Below are positions 1 to 9,605 of a DNA stretch of 51,573 nucleotides, one piece after another. Location of the stretch: contig SHMW01000022.1 in assembly GCA_008080735.1 (NCBI GenBank), forward strand, positions 1 to 51,573, given 5' to 3'. The translations under genes and the position numbers were made by a program. Below the pieces are notes generated by a model. The model made no database searches. It had not been told where the DNA came from and saw only the letters and a program-made list of their open reading frames with translations. How positions within the stretch are numbered: the stretch's first letter is position 1; the number at the start of each line of letters is the position of its first letter. Source of the DNA: Promethearchaeota archaeon (lineage in GTDB: Archaea; Asgardarchaeota; Lokiarchaeia; Sigyniarchaeales; SOKP01).

Positions 1-60
1 AGATATAAAAATATATTAAAAAGTTATAACAGCAAAATTTTAATCAAAAAGTGAATTTTT

Positions 61-561
61 ATGGCAGAAGAACCTAAGGAAAATGAACAGCCTGAAGTCC
101 CTGAAACAACAGAGCCAGCTCCTTCAAAAGAAGCGAGCTCTATATGGGAAACCCTTGAGCCATTAGTGACTGAAATTGGAAAATGGGCATGGGTAATAGG
201 TATTATTAACGGTCTTATATATATTTTAGTAGCAGTTTACTGGATAGCCCTTTTCGGCCCAGTGCTTGTTTACATACCATCCACATTATTTGAGGTTATA
301 TGGAATATTCTTGGAGCAGTTATAGCTATCTTTTTCTCACTAGTAATTGTGAGACCAAGATTCTCTAACAAATGTAAAAATCAAGATTGGGATTATTTAC
401 TCAATGATGTTTTAATGTTGGGAAATATTAGATTTCCATGGATGTTTATTTGGGCAATAATTCTTTCGATTTTCGGTTATGGATGGGGCGGAGCAGCTGT
501 ATTGTTCTGTGCATTTGTTTTAGTTTTTATGGGACCAAAACCATATCAATGGACAGAATAA
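61..561 (+). CDS. Hypothetical integral membrane protein (about 4 TM helices, acidic/Pro-rich N-terminal tail)
   Basis: 166-aa ORF with ATG start and four hydrophobic stretches, followed by an oligo-T tract; no family motif recognised. Confidence 0.75.
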   Translation: MAEEPKENEQPEVPETTEPAPSKEASSIWETLEPLVTEIGKWAWVIGIINGLIYILVAVYWIALFGPVLVYIPSTLFEVIWNILGAVIAIFFSLVIVRPRFSNKCKNQDWDYLLNDVLMLGNIRFPWMFIWAIILSIFGYGWGGAAVLFCAFVLVFMGPKPYQWTE

Positions 562-572
562 AACAACCCTCA

Positions 573-592
573 TTCTTTTTTTTATTTTTTTT
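573..592 (+). terminator. Oligo-T archaeal-type terminator
   Basis: ttcttttttttatttttttt about 12 nt after the stop of 61..561. Confidence 0.5.
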
Positions 593-675
593 CACCTTTC
601 ATACTTGACTTGTAGCTTTCTATTGATAAAAAAACAACTAATAGAAGTCAAATAAAAATTTAGAATTAGTTTAAA

Positions 676-1548
676 TTATTCTATTAAACTATACGCTAAA
701 AGAAGAGCACCATAGATTTCGTTAAGGTTACCCACTCTTGACGTATCAACGAGGATTTTATTCAATCCCATATAGATTGCTCCGTATGCTTTACCCGCGC
801 CTAAATGAACAAGGGTTCTGTAGATTAGGTTTCCAGAAATCCCATCTGGAGCAATAATTAGATTTGCATTATTATCTACGGCATTTTCTATTAAAATTTC
901 ATCATGGGAAATCAATATATCAGGATACATTTCTTGAAAATGCTTAACAACCTCTTTCGCCTCCTTAATAGTCTGATCTACTCGAGCATTTCGACCAAGA
1001 TCTCCTTGTCTTCCACCGCTCAAAATACTCACATTAGGATTCAATCCAAAAGATTTAATTTGATCCAAAGCAAGATTAACAAAATCTAATTTGGAGGAGA
1101 GATCTTTACATTCATCGATTCCAACTGGACCATAAAAAAACTGTGAACCACTATGGGTCTCTAAAAGCGCAAGTCTATGAATTTTTTGGATTTCAAATAC
1201 TTCTTTCGCTTGTTCTAAAAATTGAGAGGAGCCTAAAGAGCCCCTGATAATACAATTTACCTTAAAGTCGGACAAATACTCAAATATTGTTTTTGGGGGG
1301 TTTTCGGAATCTACTAATTCAATTTTTTGGCGATGTTTGGTATAACTCGAATTTTCGGAAATCAGATCAGTGTATTCTTTTTCTCCAAATAAATATATTT
1401 TTAAAAATTCATTTTGTTTGAATTGACTTAAAAATTTAATTGTAGCATATAGAATTTTATTATTATGATATTCTGAATTGCCTAAACCAATGGCACAATT
1501 TGCTACTTTATCGCTTGAACCCATTACTATTTTATCTAAAATGCTCAT
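676..1548 (-). CDS. mtxX: MtxX / methanogenesis marker protein 4 family (phosphotransacetylase-like fold)
   Basis: Motifs IRGSL, RLALLE, PVGIDE, LSGGRxGDLGR, ILIENAV, IIAPDGISGNLIYRTL and VDTSR are characteristic of MtxX/Mmp4. Confidence 0.8.
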   Translation of the reverse strand: MSILDKIVMGSSDKVANCAIGLGNSEYHNNKILYATIKFLSQFKQNEFLKIYLFGEKEYTDLISENSSYTKHRQKIELVDSENPPKTIFEYLSDFKVNCIIRGSLGSSQFLEQAKEVFEIQKIHRLALLETHSGSQFFYGPVGIDECKDLSSKLDFVNLALDQIKSFGLNPNVSILSGGRQGDLGRNARVDQTIKEAKEVVKHFQEMYPDILISHDEILIENAVDNNANLIIAPDGISGNLIYRTLVHLGAGKAYGAIYMGLNKILVDTSRVGNLNEIYGALLLAYSLIE

Positions 1549-1551
1549 AGA

Positions 1552-2712
1552 CTATTTCCACTTATTATTCTTTTCAATATACTCTAATATATAGTAACTG
1601 AAAAATGATATTACCATTAATAATATAATTATTAGGAAGAATACATTTAAATCTTCAATTGTTCCATTATAAAAAATATAACCCAAAATCACCGTTAAAG
1701 AATTATAGACACCGTGTAAAACTATAGGAGCAATTAGATTTTCATCTCGGTAATGAAAGAGCATCCCTAATAATAAAGAAAGGGCAAAATATGGAAAGAA
1801 CATCAAGATAAATTGAACGAAAAAAGAGATAGGTGAAGCAAATGCTATTAATATTAAAGTAAGGAGATGGATGGCGGTAAAAATTAAAGCAGTTATTAAA
1901 ATACCAGAAGTGTTTCCTAAATTTCTAATTAATCCTTTCTGTGTATATCCGCGAAACGCAATTTCTTCGGATGGACCCACTACAAGAATCATTATGAGAA
2001 CTAGTAAAACAATTTCAAACAAATTAGCGGAAAAAATGTAGTTGTCTATTTCACTACTCGGATTTTGAGAATTAAAAACCACTTCTAAATCGAAGAAAAA
2101 ACTCAAAATAAATTCCAGAAAAAACGAAACTAAATTTACTAAAAAGACCGCAATAACGCTAAATCCAAATCCTAAGAATATTTCTTTAAGTTTGCCTAGC
2201 TTAGTTTGATCGATGGGAAGACCTAAAATTCCAAGACGATTTCTTATACTTGGGGTCTGGAGATATTTTCCAACGGCTATTAAGGGGATAAAAATAAAGA
2301 TAAATTCGAAAAGAGAAAAAACAATCAAAAAAAGGGTATTGTCTATGAGTTCTTCCAATAAGAGGATCTCAGGAAATATAAATACTAAAATAAAAAAAAT
2401 TACCACCACGATAAATTCCATAGTGGCAAACGCAAAAAGCGGTAAAAATATTGAGGAGGAGGTACTCCATAAAGGTTTTTTTGTGTTATCTGATAGTTCT
2501 TTTTCGGTTAATTTTACCTCTGTAAAATCAATGAATTTATCGTGAGCGTGAGTTATAGTGCCTCGTTCTTTAAAGTTTTTAATACTAAAACCACAAGAAG
2601 GGCAGTAGGTAATATTATCTGAATCTGGTGGTAATCTTTCTCCACAAGTGGGACAAAATTTCCATTTATCATTGTCAACTTCAGAGTTGGTCTTTGAATT
2701 GTTATCGCTCAT
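1552..2712 (-). CDS. CPBP (Abi/Rce1 type II CAAX) intramembrane glutamic protease with N-terminal double zinc ribbon
   Basis: EEIAFRG, FTAIH and HGVYN motifs; multiple TM helices; CPTCG...CPSCG at the N-terminus. Confidence 0.85.
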   Translation of the reverse strand: MSDNNSKTNSEVDNDKWKFCPTCGERLPPDSDNITYCPSCGFSIKNFKERGTITHAHDKFIDFTEVKLTEKELSDNTKKPLWSTSSSIFLPLFAFATMEFIVVVIFFILVFIFPEILLLEELIDNTLFLIVFSLFEFIFIFIPLIAVGKYLQTPSIRNRLGILGLPIDQTKLGKLKEIFLGFGFSVIAVFLVNLVSFFLEFILSFFFDLEVVFNSQNPSSEIDNYIFSANLFEIVLLVLIMILVVGPSEEIAFRGYTQKGLIRNLGNTSGILITALIFTAIHLLTLILIAFASPISFFVQFILMFFPYFALSLLLGMLFHYRDENLIAPIVLHGVYNSLTVILGYIFYNGTIEDLNVFFLIIILLMVISFFSYYILEYIEKNNKWK

Positions 2713-2782
2713 TCAATACTATAAAAAAATGAATCCTATATGAATGATTTTATTTTAAAACCTAAATAAAAGTTAAATGACT

Positions 2783-4549
2783 TTAGTGAGTGAAATAACA
2801 AAAGAGTGTTTCACCGTTAAATCGAATTGGATTGACAAAACCATATCTCTCAAATTGAATAGGGTTTTTCATAGGAATCTCCTTTAGATTAATCTCTCCA
2901 TAACCCTCTGAATAGGTACTGTCCGGTTTGAGTATGGAAACTTTTATTTTATCATCATCTGGAACCCATTGGATAATTGAATATTCTCTATCTAGCTCTT
3001 TGCTATGAAATACCGCACTAATCTTATTATTGGGTAAATCTACCGATCTTATCTCAATATTCATTAAATCTTTTAATCGTATTATTTCATTTATCTTGAT
3101 TTGTCCAGCGTCTTTTTTGGAAATAAAGATCTTTAATTTCCCTTCTTTTATTTGGCAGAATATCTTTCTAACTCCTTTTTCTGGCTTGGTTGGTAAGAGA
3201 AGGGGTTCAGCAGTAATATTATCGAAAGGAATATTCTTAATGTTTACTTCGATAGGATTTTCTACGAAAAAATATCTATCAGAAACATCATCTATAAGCT
3301 CTTGGTTATTTGAATATAGCCAATTAACGGAGAAGGTGATTCCAGACATAGACATTCCTAGATCCAGTAAAGTCTTTCTCACCGCTTCAGGTCGAAAACC
3401 TCGCTTGCGTAAAGACTGCAAACTCCAAGTTCTTGGATCGTCCCATCCATCATAATTCCCCGCCTCAATCTTGTTTCGTGCGTCTGTTTTGCTTAATTTC
3501 ATATCAGGAAAATTTATACGTCCATAATGAAGAAATTGAGCCTTATCCCACTTGAAGTGATCCCAAATGAAGTCTTCAATGAAATCTTCTTTTATCAAGT
3601 CAGATCCACGTAATATGTGAGTAACTCCAATTAAATGGTCATCCACTGCCCAAGAAAACTCCAGCATTGGCCATACAATGTATTTTGTTCCTATGCGCGG
3701 ATGGCTTGCTTCGGATATTCTCATAATTATTTGATCTCTGAGTGCGGGATCTTTATGCTTCATTCCGGTTTTCAATCGTACTACCGCATCCCTCTCTTCA
3801 TATTGGCTATTTAGCATATTATTCCATTCGTTCATATTTTTTTGTATGGTATGATTTCGGTGTGGGCATTCTTTTTTTTGGTTTTTATACTTCTCTCTAA
3901 ATTCCCCCGCAGAACAGAAACAGACATATGCTAAATCGTCTTTTATCAACTTAGCACAATATTCATAATAGAGTTCCAGCCTATCACTTTTGTAATACGT
4001 TTTAGAATAATCTACTCCTAACCATTCTAATCCCTCTCTAATAAGATCATAGGCTTCTGGTAAGACATATTTAGCTTTCTCTGGTTGAGTTTCTCTTAAG
4101 GATTTTGGACTTCCGATGGTATCATCAAAGAATAGGATAAGTTCTCCGCTATTCTTTTTTACATATTCATCATTCAAAACAACCATCCTAGCATTTCCTA
4201 AATGCAACGCACCAGAAGGATAAGGCGCCATCCTCATTACGATTTTCTCGTATTTTTGTTTGTTGGGTAAATCAGGCAACTCTTTTTCTTCTTCCTCAGA
4301 TTCTTCTTCTTTTAATGCGTCAGGATCCATCTCTAATAGTTTAGATTTTTGCTGCTCAATATCTAAAGCATTTATCTTTTCAATTATTTCGTCCACCATT
4401 GGAATAATTTCTTTTGCGTGAGGTCGAAGATCCTCTCTCTGTGCCATTAATTTTCCCATTATCGCTTTTTTATTGGGATTACCATCAAATTGTACAGCAT
4501 TTTTTAATCCGCTTTTCCAAAGAATTTTTTCAACTTCTTCCTTATCCAT
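2783..4549 (-). CDS. gltX: Glutamate--tRNA ligase (archaeal type)
   Basis: RMAPYPSGALHLGN (HIGH), KLSKT (KMSKS), GWDDPR, IQFERYGF; ATG at 4549 preceded by a GGTGA SD-like element. Confidence 0.95.
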   Translation of the reverse strand: MDKEEVEKILWKSGLKNAVQFDGNPNKKAIMGKLMAQREDLRPHAKEIIPMVDEIIEKINALDIEQQKSKLLEMDPDALKEEESEEEEKELPDLPNKQKYEKIVMRMAPYPSGALHLGNARMVVLNDEYVKKNSGELILFFDDTIGSPKSLRETQPEKAKYVLPEAYDLIREGLEWLGVDYSKTYYKSDRLELYYEYCAKLIKDDLAYVCFCSAGEFREKYKNQKKECPHRNHTIQKNMNEWNNMLNSQYEERDAVVRLKTGMKHKDPALRDQIIMRISEASHPRIGTKYIVWPMLEFSWAVDDHLIGVTHILRGSDLIKEDFIEDFIWDHFKWDKAQFLHYGRINFPDMKLSKTDARNKIEAGNYDGWDDPRTWSLQSLRKRGFRPEAVRKTLLDLGMSMSGITFSVNWLYSNNQELIDDVSDRYFFVENPIEVNIKNIPFDNITAEPLLLPTKPEKGVRKIFCQIKEGKLKIFISKKDAGQIKINEIIRLKDLMNIEIRSVDLPNNKISAVFHSKELDREYSIIQWVPDDDKIKVSILKPDSTYSEGYGEINLKEIPMKNPIQFERYGFVNPIRFNGETLFCYFTH

Positions 4550-4753
4550 TTTCACCACAAGTCCAATTTCTAATCTATTTTTTGCATCTAAAACTGAATC
4601 TACTACGAATTAATAATGAATTCTTTCAAAAAAACCAATTGATTATCACTTATTTCAGATTAAATCATTAGTAAGAATTTTTTTAAAGTAAAGCAAACTA
4701 AGAAATATAAAAGCATAAAAGATTTTAATTGATAATTATAGAGTTGATCTAAA

Positions 4754-5041
4754 ATGGGCTATTATCGCGGATATATTCTCATTCGCTTGAAGATGGTTGG
4801 GAAGGAATGGGATGTTGTGGATAAGCTAAAAGGGCTCAGTTCTAAAGAAGAGGGTGAGGACTGGAAAGTCACTTACGCTACAGCAATCTATGGCGGGTGG
4901 GACGTAATAGTAGAGTGTTCATTCTCTGATTTAAATGAATTGGATAAAATCGTCACCTATTGTCGCACAGATTCAGATTTGAGTCAAGCTATTGAAGAAA
5001 CTACGACGTTAATGGGAACTAAAAACGATTATGAAAGTTAG
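4754..5041 (+). CDS. Stand-alone Lrp/AsnC ligand-binding (RAM) domain protein
   Basis: YILI...V...L...IYGGWDVIVE...ETTTLM pattern; no HTH. Confidence 0.75.
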   Translation: MGYYRGYILIRLKMVGKEWDVVDKLKGLSSKEEGEDWKVTYATAIYGGWDVIVECSFSDLNELDKIVTYCRTDSDLSQAIEETTTLMGTKNDYES

Positions 5042-5298
5042 ATTGAAAGTTTTATTATTTTAGACTTTTTCTTTTTGTTTTTCTTTAAATCATTGAAATT
5101 ATTTGAAAGTGGTGATATCATTTTTTGACCATTCTTCAGTAATTTCAGTCCTAAGAGCAGCTAGCAAATACAATTAATCAATCTTTTGAGTGAAAAAACT
5201 AATTCCTAAATCAAAAAACTATTAAATTACGAATTTATTAATATTCAATTGATATATCATCTCCTTGAAAGATAAAAAGAATATTCAGATAACCTATT

Positions 5299-5904
5299 AT
5301 GAATAGAAATTTGTTTGAAGCCATGAAGTCTCACTTCTCTGAAAATCTCGAGATAAATCTTATTGAGACCATTACTGAAATATTGGAATCGGCGCTTATT
5401 ACACACGGAATTACTTTAAAACAGATTAGCAAGATCACCGAAAAAGATGTAGAGGATCTCTTATTTATTTTGTTTGATTTTAAGATTTTAATTCCAAACA
5501 ATGCCTACAGAGGACTAGAATGGCAAGATACTGAGTTTGTATTAGGTCCAAATCAAGCATTTAATATACCAACTATAATCAAAAGCTTAGTACAGCTTGC
5601 GATTGATTCAGGTATATGGAATCCCGAAGAAGCTATTAGAATTACATTCGAGAAATTTGGTGAGAAGGAGTATAAGAAGATGCCATATTTAGTCAAAGCG
5701 TTATATAATCAAGCTAAAAATTATAGGATCAGCGGTGGACAAATAACAGAAATTTGTAATGAGTTAAGCTTAGAAGCTAGGGCAGGAATCATTATTTCTG
5801 AACTAAAAGGAATAGGTATAATGAGTCCTCAGCTGAGCAGATCTCTTTTCACCTCCCTAAAGAAAAAATCCCCTCTTTATGAATTGAATCCCTCTCTATT
5901 TTAA
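5299..5904 (+). CDS. Hypothetical protein, possible winged-helix repeats
   Basis: 201-aa ORF; helical segments; C-terminal ELKGIGIMSP...PLYELNPSLF. Confidence 0.7.
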   Translation: MNRNLFEAMKSHFSENLEINLIETITEILESALITHGITLKQISKITEKDVEDLLFILFDFKILIPNNAYRGLEWQDTEFVLGPNQAFNIPTIIKSLVQLAIDSGIWNPEEAIRITFEKFGEKEYKKMPYLVKALYNQAKNYRISGGQITEICNELSLEARAGIIISELKGIGIMSPQLSRSLFTSLKKKSPLYELNPSLF

Positions 5905-5986
5905 TAAAGAATAGTTATAAAAACCCAAAAGTAAATTTAGATATAAGAATATTGAACAAAATTAAAAATAATTTCTCGTCGAAAGG

Positions 5987-7093
5987 ATGAAAAAAATATC
6001 TAAACAAGAGTATTATAATAAAGTTTATGGCTCATGGTTAGGAAGAGTCTCTGGTGATTTCGTAGGTGCTCCCGTCGAATTTATGCCCACAGTTATGAGA
6101 AACTTATTTTATGGTGAAATTAAATATTATCCGCAACCAATTGATATTGAGTACGTCAATGATGATGAAATGTATGAGATATGTGCTCTTATAGCTTTGA
6201 AAAAATATGGAATAGAACCTTCATCTGAGCAAATAGCCCAAGAATGGGTTCGACATCTTTATACGCAGAATTTTACCGCGGAGAAAAGAGCATTGATAAA
6301 TTTACGGGGGGGAATTAGACCTCCCGCCTCAGGAAAGGTAAATAACATCTATTATGACGCAATAGGAGCTCAGATGAGAGCGGATATCTGGGGTCAGATA
6401 TCGCCTGGATTACCTAATGTTGCGAAAGAGTATGCACAGACTGACGGTGAGATCTCTCATGCGGGAATTGGGATTGAAGGTGAAATTTTTGTAGCTCTTC
6501 TCATCGCTCAAGCATTTTTTGAGTCGAATATAGCCAAAAATATTAATACAGCTCTTAAGTTTCTTCCCTCGGCTCGAAAGAGCTTATATACTCAAATGGT
6601 TAAAAATGCGATTAGATTACATAAGAAGCATCCGAAGGAGTATAAACGTGCACGGCACGAGCTCATCCAATATTGGCATTATATTAGAAGAAATGAGCTC
6701 TTAACCGATGAAAACTCATTTAGTGAACGAGGTATAAAATTTCTCAATAGATTTATTTCGGGTGTTCATGTCCTTCCAAATGCGGGAATTATTACTTTAG
6801 CTCTGTTATATGGGGCAGAAAGCGAGGATCCTCTTGGAAAATCTATCAGCATCGCGGCTAATATGGGATTAGATACGGATTGTAATTGTGGGAATATTGG
6901 GGCCATTGTAGGAGCTCAAATTGGCGCATCGGATATTCCGATGAAATGGAAAGCCCCGTTACGTAATACTTTTTCGACCTATGTAAAGGGATATGAACGG
7001 TGGAAAATCACAGAATTAGCAGAGGAAATTTATAAAATTGGTTTGGGAGTTCTAAAAAAGAAGGGCCAAGATAAGATAAAAGTCATTAAATAA
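5987..7093 (+). CDS. ADP-ribosylglycohydrolase (DraG/ARH) family protein
   Basis: GDFVGAPVE, NDDEMYE, GAQMRAD, ISH and GLDTDCNCGNIGA metal-binding motifs. Confidence 0.9.
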   Translation: MKKISKQEYYNKVYGSWLGRVSGDFVGAPVEFMPTVMRNLFYGEIKYYPQPIDIEYVNDDEMYEICALIALKKYGIEPSSEQIAQEWVRHLYTQNFTAEKRALINLRGGIRPPASGKVNNIYYDAIGAQMRADIWGQISPGLPNVAKEYAQTDGEISHAGIGIEGEIFVALLIAQAFFESNIAKNINTALKFLPSARKSLYTQMVKNAIRLHKKHPKEYKRARHELIQYWHYIRRNELLTDENSFSERGIKFLNRFISGVHVLPNAGIITLALLYGAESEDPLGKSISIAANMGLDTDCNCGNIGAIVGAQIGASDIPMKWKAPLRNTFSTYVKGYERWKITELAEEIYKIGLGVLKKKGQDKIKVIK

Positions 7094-7120
7094 AATTTTT
7101 TAGTACATGGTGTATATCCT

Positions 7121-7789
7121 CTAAAAATATGCCACTTCAAGCAATCCTTTTATTACATCATGAAATATAACTAATCCCATTTGCTTGTATCCTTGAACAG
7201 AGAAATGCAGTCCATCTGAAACCGCATATTCTTTTCTTAGATTTCCGTTTGTATCAGCCATTCCATTAAATAAATCAGCATAAGGTATATCAGTTTTGGT
7301 GAAATACTTCTCTAACTGTTGATTTAATTGAACTTTTCTTTCATGATAGCTTCCACTTGTTGATTCTTGACGAATTGGTGGAATATTGGATCCAATAGAA
7401 ATAATATCTTCTTCCCTAGATTGGCTATGCAATGATTTAATATTATCTAAGATTTTTTTGTTCGGGATGCCCCATCCCAAATCGTTTGTCCCTCCAATTA
7501 TGATGGAATACTCGGGTCTGGGGTTATAATTGATCATATCTCTCTCGATGCGATTTAGAAGGTTTCGCGTTAGCTCCCCTGGGATCCCTTTATTAATAAA
7601 TTTAAAATCCTCCAAAATATAATCATCAACGATCCTGAGATTCTTCTCGAGAAATTCGAGACAATATTCATATAACCAATAAATATACTGAGATTTTTCG
7701 TTCCCATAACCATTAGATATGCCATCTATAGATGGGGAATAACCGGGATATCCCGAGGTCAGCGAATTTCCAAGACAGAGAAATATCAT
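7121..7789 (-). CDS. SGNH/GDSL family hydrolase
   Basis: LGNSLT (block I), NKGIPGE (block II), GGTNDL (block III), DGLH (block V). Confidence 0.9.
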   Translation of the reverse strand: MIFLCLGNSLTSGYPGYSPSIDGISNGYGNEKSQYIYWLYEYCLEFLEKNLRIVDDYILEDFKFINKGIPGELTRNLLNRIERDMINYNPRPEYSIIIGGTNDLGWGIPNKKILDNIKSLHSQSREEDIISIGSNIPPIRQESTSGSYHERKVQLNQQLEKYFTKTDIPYADLFNGMADTNGNLRKEYAVSDGLHFSVQGYKQMGLVIFHDVIKGLLEVAYF

Positions 7790-7817
7790 AAGAGATAAAA
7801 GTTATTTGACTAATTAA

Positions 7818-8477
7818 TTATTTTTTTATAATATTTAAAATTTTTTCTGCGGTTAAACCTTTAAGATCTGATAAAATTAGATCAGCATTCATTAATTCAT
7901 CTTGGGGATGTGTGGTGGTGAGCGCGACTGTTTTCATATTTGCTCTTTTGGCAGATTTTATTCCTACGGGAGCATCCTCTATTACGAGAGTATTTTTAGG
8001 TTCTAAATTCAGCTTCTGAGCTGCCTTGAGAAAGACATCGGGAGCGGGTTTGCTTTCAGACACATCAGCGGCGCTTATTATCACATCGAAATAATCTTCA
8101 ATATCTAAGCTTTCCAATAGCAATGTAACGTTTTCAGGAGGTCCGCTGGAACCGACTGCTAATTTGAATCCGCTATTTTTTAATTCATTTAATAGCTCCA
8201 TTACTCCAGGCAAGGGTTCTAATTTTTCTTTTATTATTCTCCTATAATATTTTTCCTTCAAGTCCGACCATTCCTTTATTTTCTTGTCACTGGGGGTTTC
8301 TCCCGCTAATTGTCTCGTGATAGGGACACTCTGTTGACCAAAGGTTTCTTCAAAAAACTCGCGGTTAAATTCAGCGCCAATTTCATCAGCAAGCATCTTC
8401 CAGCTCTTATAATGTGCATCTCCCGTATCAGCAAGTACTCCATCCATATCGAATATTACAAGATATTTATCAGACAT
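7818..8477 (-). CDS. HAD-superfamily phosphatase (beta-phosphoglucomutase/CbbY-like)
   Basis: FDMDGVL, GSS, KPAPD, IEDAPVG motifs. Confidence 0.9.
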   Translation of the reverse strand: MSDKYLVIFDMDGVLADTGDAHYKSWKMLADEIGAEFNREFFEETFGQQSVPITRQLAGETPSDKKIKEWSDLKEKYYRRIIKEKLEPLPGVMELLNELKNSGFKLAVGSSGPPENVTLLLESLDIEDYFDVIISAADVSESKPAPDVFLKAAQKLNLEPKNTLVIEDAPVGIKSAKRANMKTVALTTTHPQDELMNADLILSDLKGLTAEKILNIIKK

Positions 8478-8515
8478 ACTTTTAACTAAGATCCTTAATT
8501 ACTATCTATAATTAG

Positions 8516-8531
8516 TAAAAACATTTTAAGC
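8516..8531 (+). promoter_or_regulatory. BRE/TATA promoter of tRNA-Arg
   Basis: Purine-rich taaaaac followed by TTTTAAG about 26-32 nt upstream of the tRNA 5' end. Confidence 0.5.
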
Positions 8532-8555
8532 ATTAGGAATTTAAATTATAAATAG

Positions 8556-8661
8556 GACCCAGTAGTCCAGTATGGATAGGGCGCTGGCTTGCGGTAGTAC
8601 ATAGATCTTATGTGCTGTAAAAAGCCAGATATCGAGGGTTCAAATCCCCCCTGGGTCACCA
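8556..8661 (+). tRNA. tRNA-Arg(GCG) with 28-nt canonical 37/38 intron (8595-8622) and encoded CCA
   Basis: Acceptor GACCCAG/CTGGGTC, discriminator A then CCA; D-loop TGGATA; anticodon stem CTGGC/GCCAG with GCG at 8591-8593; T-loop TTCAAAT; bulge-helix-bulge (TTGC/GTAA helix, intron stem AGTACATA/TATGTGCT). Confidence 0.93.
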
Positions 8662-9425
8662 TTATTTACGAGTAAATAATTTAAAATCTCAGTAATTTCC
8701 TTAATCTTTTCATAATTATCAAGAGGTATCTCTTTCTCGAAAGGAAATTCAAAGGTTCGTTGAAAGAATATTTTTTGTAAGCCCATGCGATGAGCACCCA
8801 TAATGTCTGCGTACTCGTCCCCGACCATAAGAATGTGAGAGGCTTCATCCTCTCCAAATCCCATCTTTTTGAGTGTATGCTTAAATATAGCTGGATGAGG
8901 TTTCCGTTTTCCAAAGCTGGCAGAAGTTATGATTACATCGAAATATTTGGTCAATCCGTGCGATTTTAGCATATTTTCAATCGTTATGTGATGGGGATGG
9001 TTTGAAAGAACTGCAAGGTTCAAATCTAATTTTGCTAATCTTTGAAGTGTATCTGCGGTATTTTTGTATGGAATCCATTCCTCCTCTTCACAAGAATGGT
9101 ATAAGGTTGCTATTTGAGAATATTCCTCATCAGATATGTATAAACGCATCTCATCACCAACTTCTCTGAATAAATCTGTGGTGGGATATTCCTCACTTGT
9201 TTTTCTGCTTAATTGAAAGGATTTCATACGTTTTTTATTGAATTTACTGCGAAATCGTCTTTCTTCAGAGCGGTTATTCAAGATATCCATTTCAGCTAAT
9301 TTCTGCGAACATCTTGTGAGTCCTTGTTCATAACAATCAAGATACTTTTCGACTGTTGCGTTTTTAAAATAATAGAGCGTGAAGCCAAAATCAAAAATGA
9401 TTCCTTTAATATTTTCAAATCCCAT
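8640..9425 (-). CDS. HAD-superfamily hydrolase (subfamily IA)
   Basis: FDFGFTL, LSN, RKPHPAIF, MVGDEYADIMGA motifs; last codons overlap the tRNA antisense. Confidence 0.88.
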   Translation of the reverse strand: MGFENIKGIIFDFGFTLYYFKNATVEKYLDCYEQGLTRCSQKLAEMDILNNRSEERRFRSKFNKKRMKSFQLSRKTSEEYPTTDLFREVGDEMRLYISDEEYSQIATLYHSCEEEEWIPYKNTADTLQRLAKLDLNLAVLSNHPHHITIENMLKSHGLTKYFDVIITSASFGKRKPHPAIFKHTLKKMGFGEDEASHILMVGDEYADIMGAHRMGLQKIFFQRTFEFPFEKEIPLDNYEKIKEITEILNYLLVNNGDPGGI

Positions 9426-9605
9426 TTCAGTTAATAAATATCCATTTGAGAATTTTAATTTAATCTATATAATCAAACGCATAGCGAGGAAGTACGAAGC
9501 TATCTTTTTCCACAATAGCGAAGGAAAATATAAAAAATTTGAGTTCTATTCTTATTTAACATCCTAAAAAAAAATGAAAAATAAAATTGTAAAGAGGCTC
9601 TTGAA

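Noticed and set aside
1552-2712. CPBP protease as the CAAX-processing enzyme for the Rab-like GTPase
   Set aside because: The GTPase has no CAAX motif and the genes are about 48 kb apart
5042-5271. ATTGAAAG-like words (5042, 5092, 5102, 5264) resembling CRISPR repeat ends
   Set aside because: No full-length repeat, no regular spacing and no cas genes
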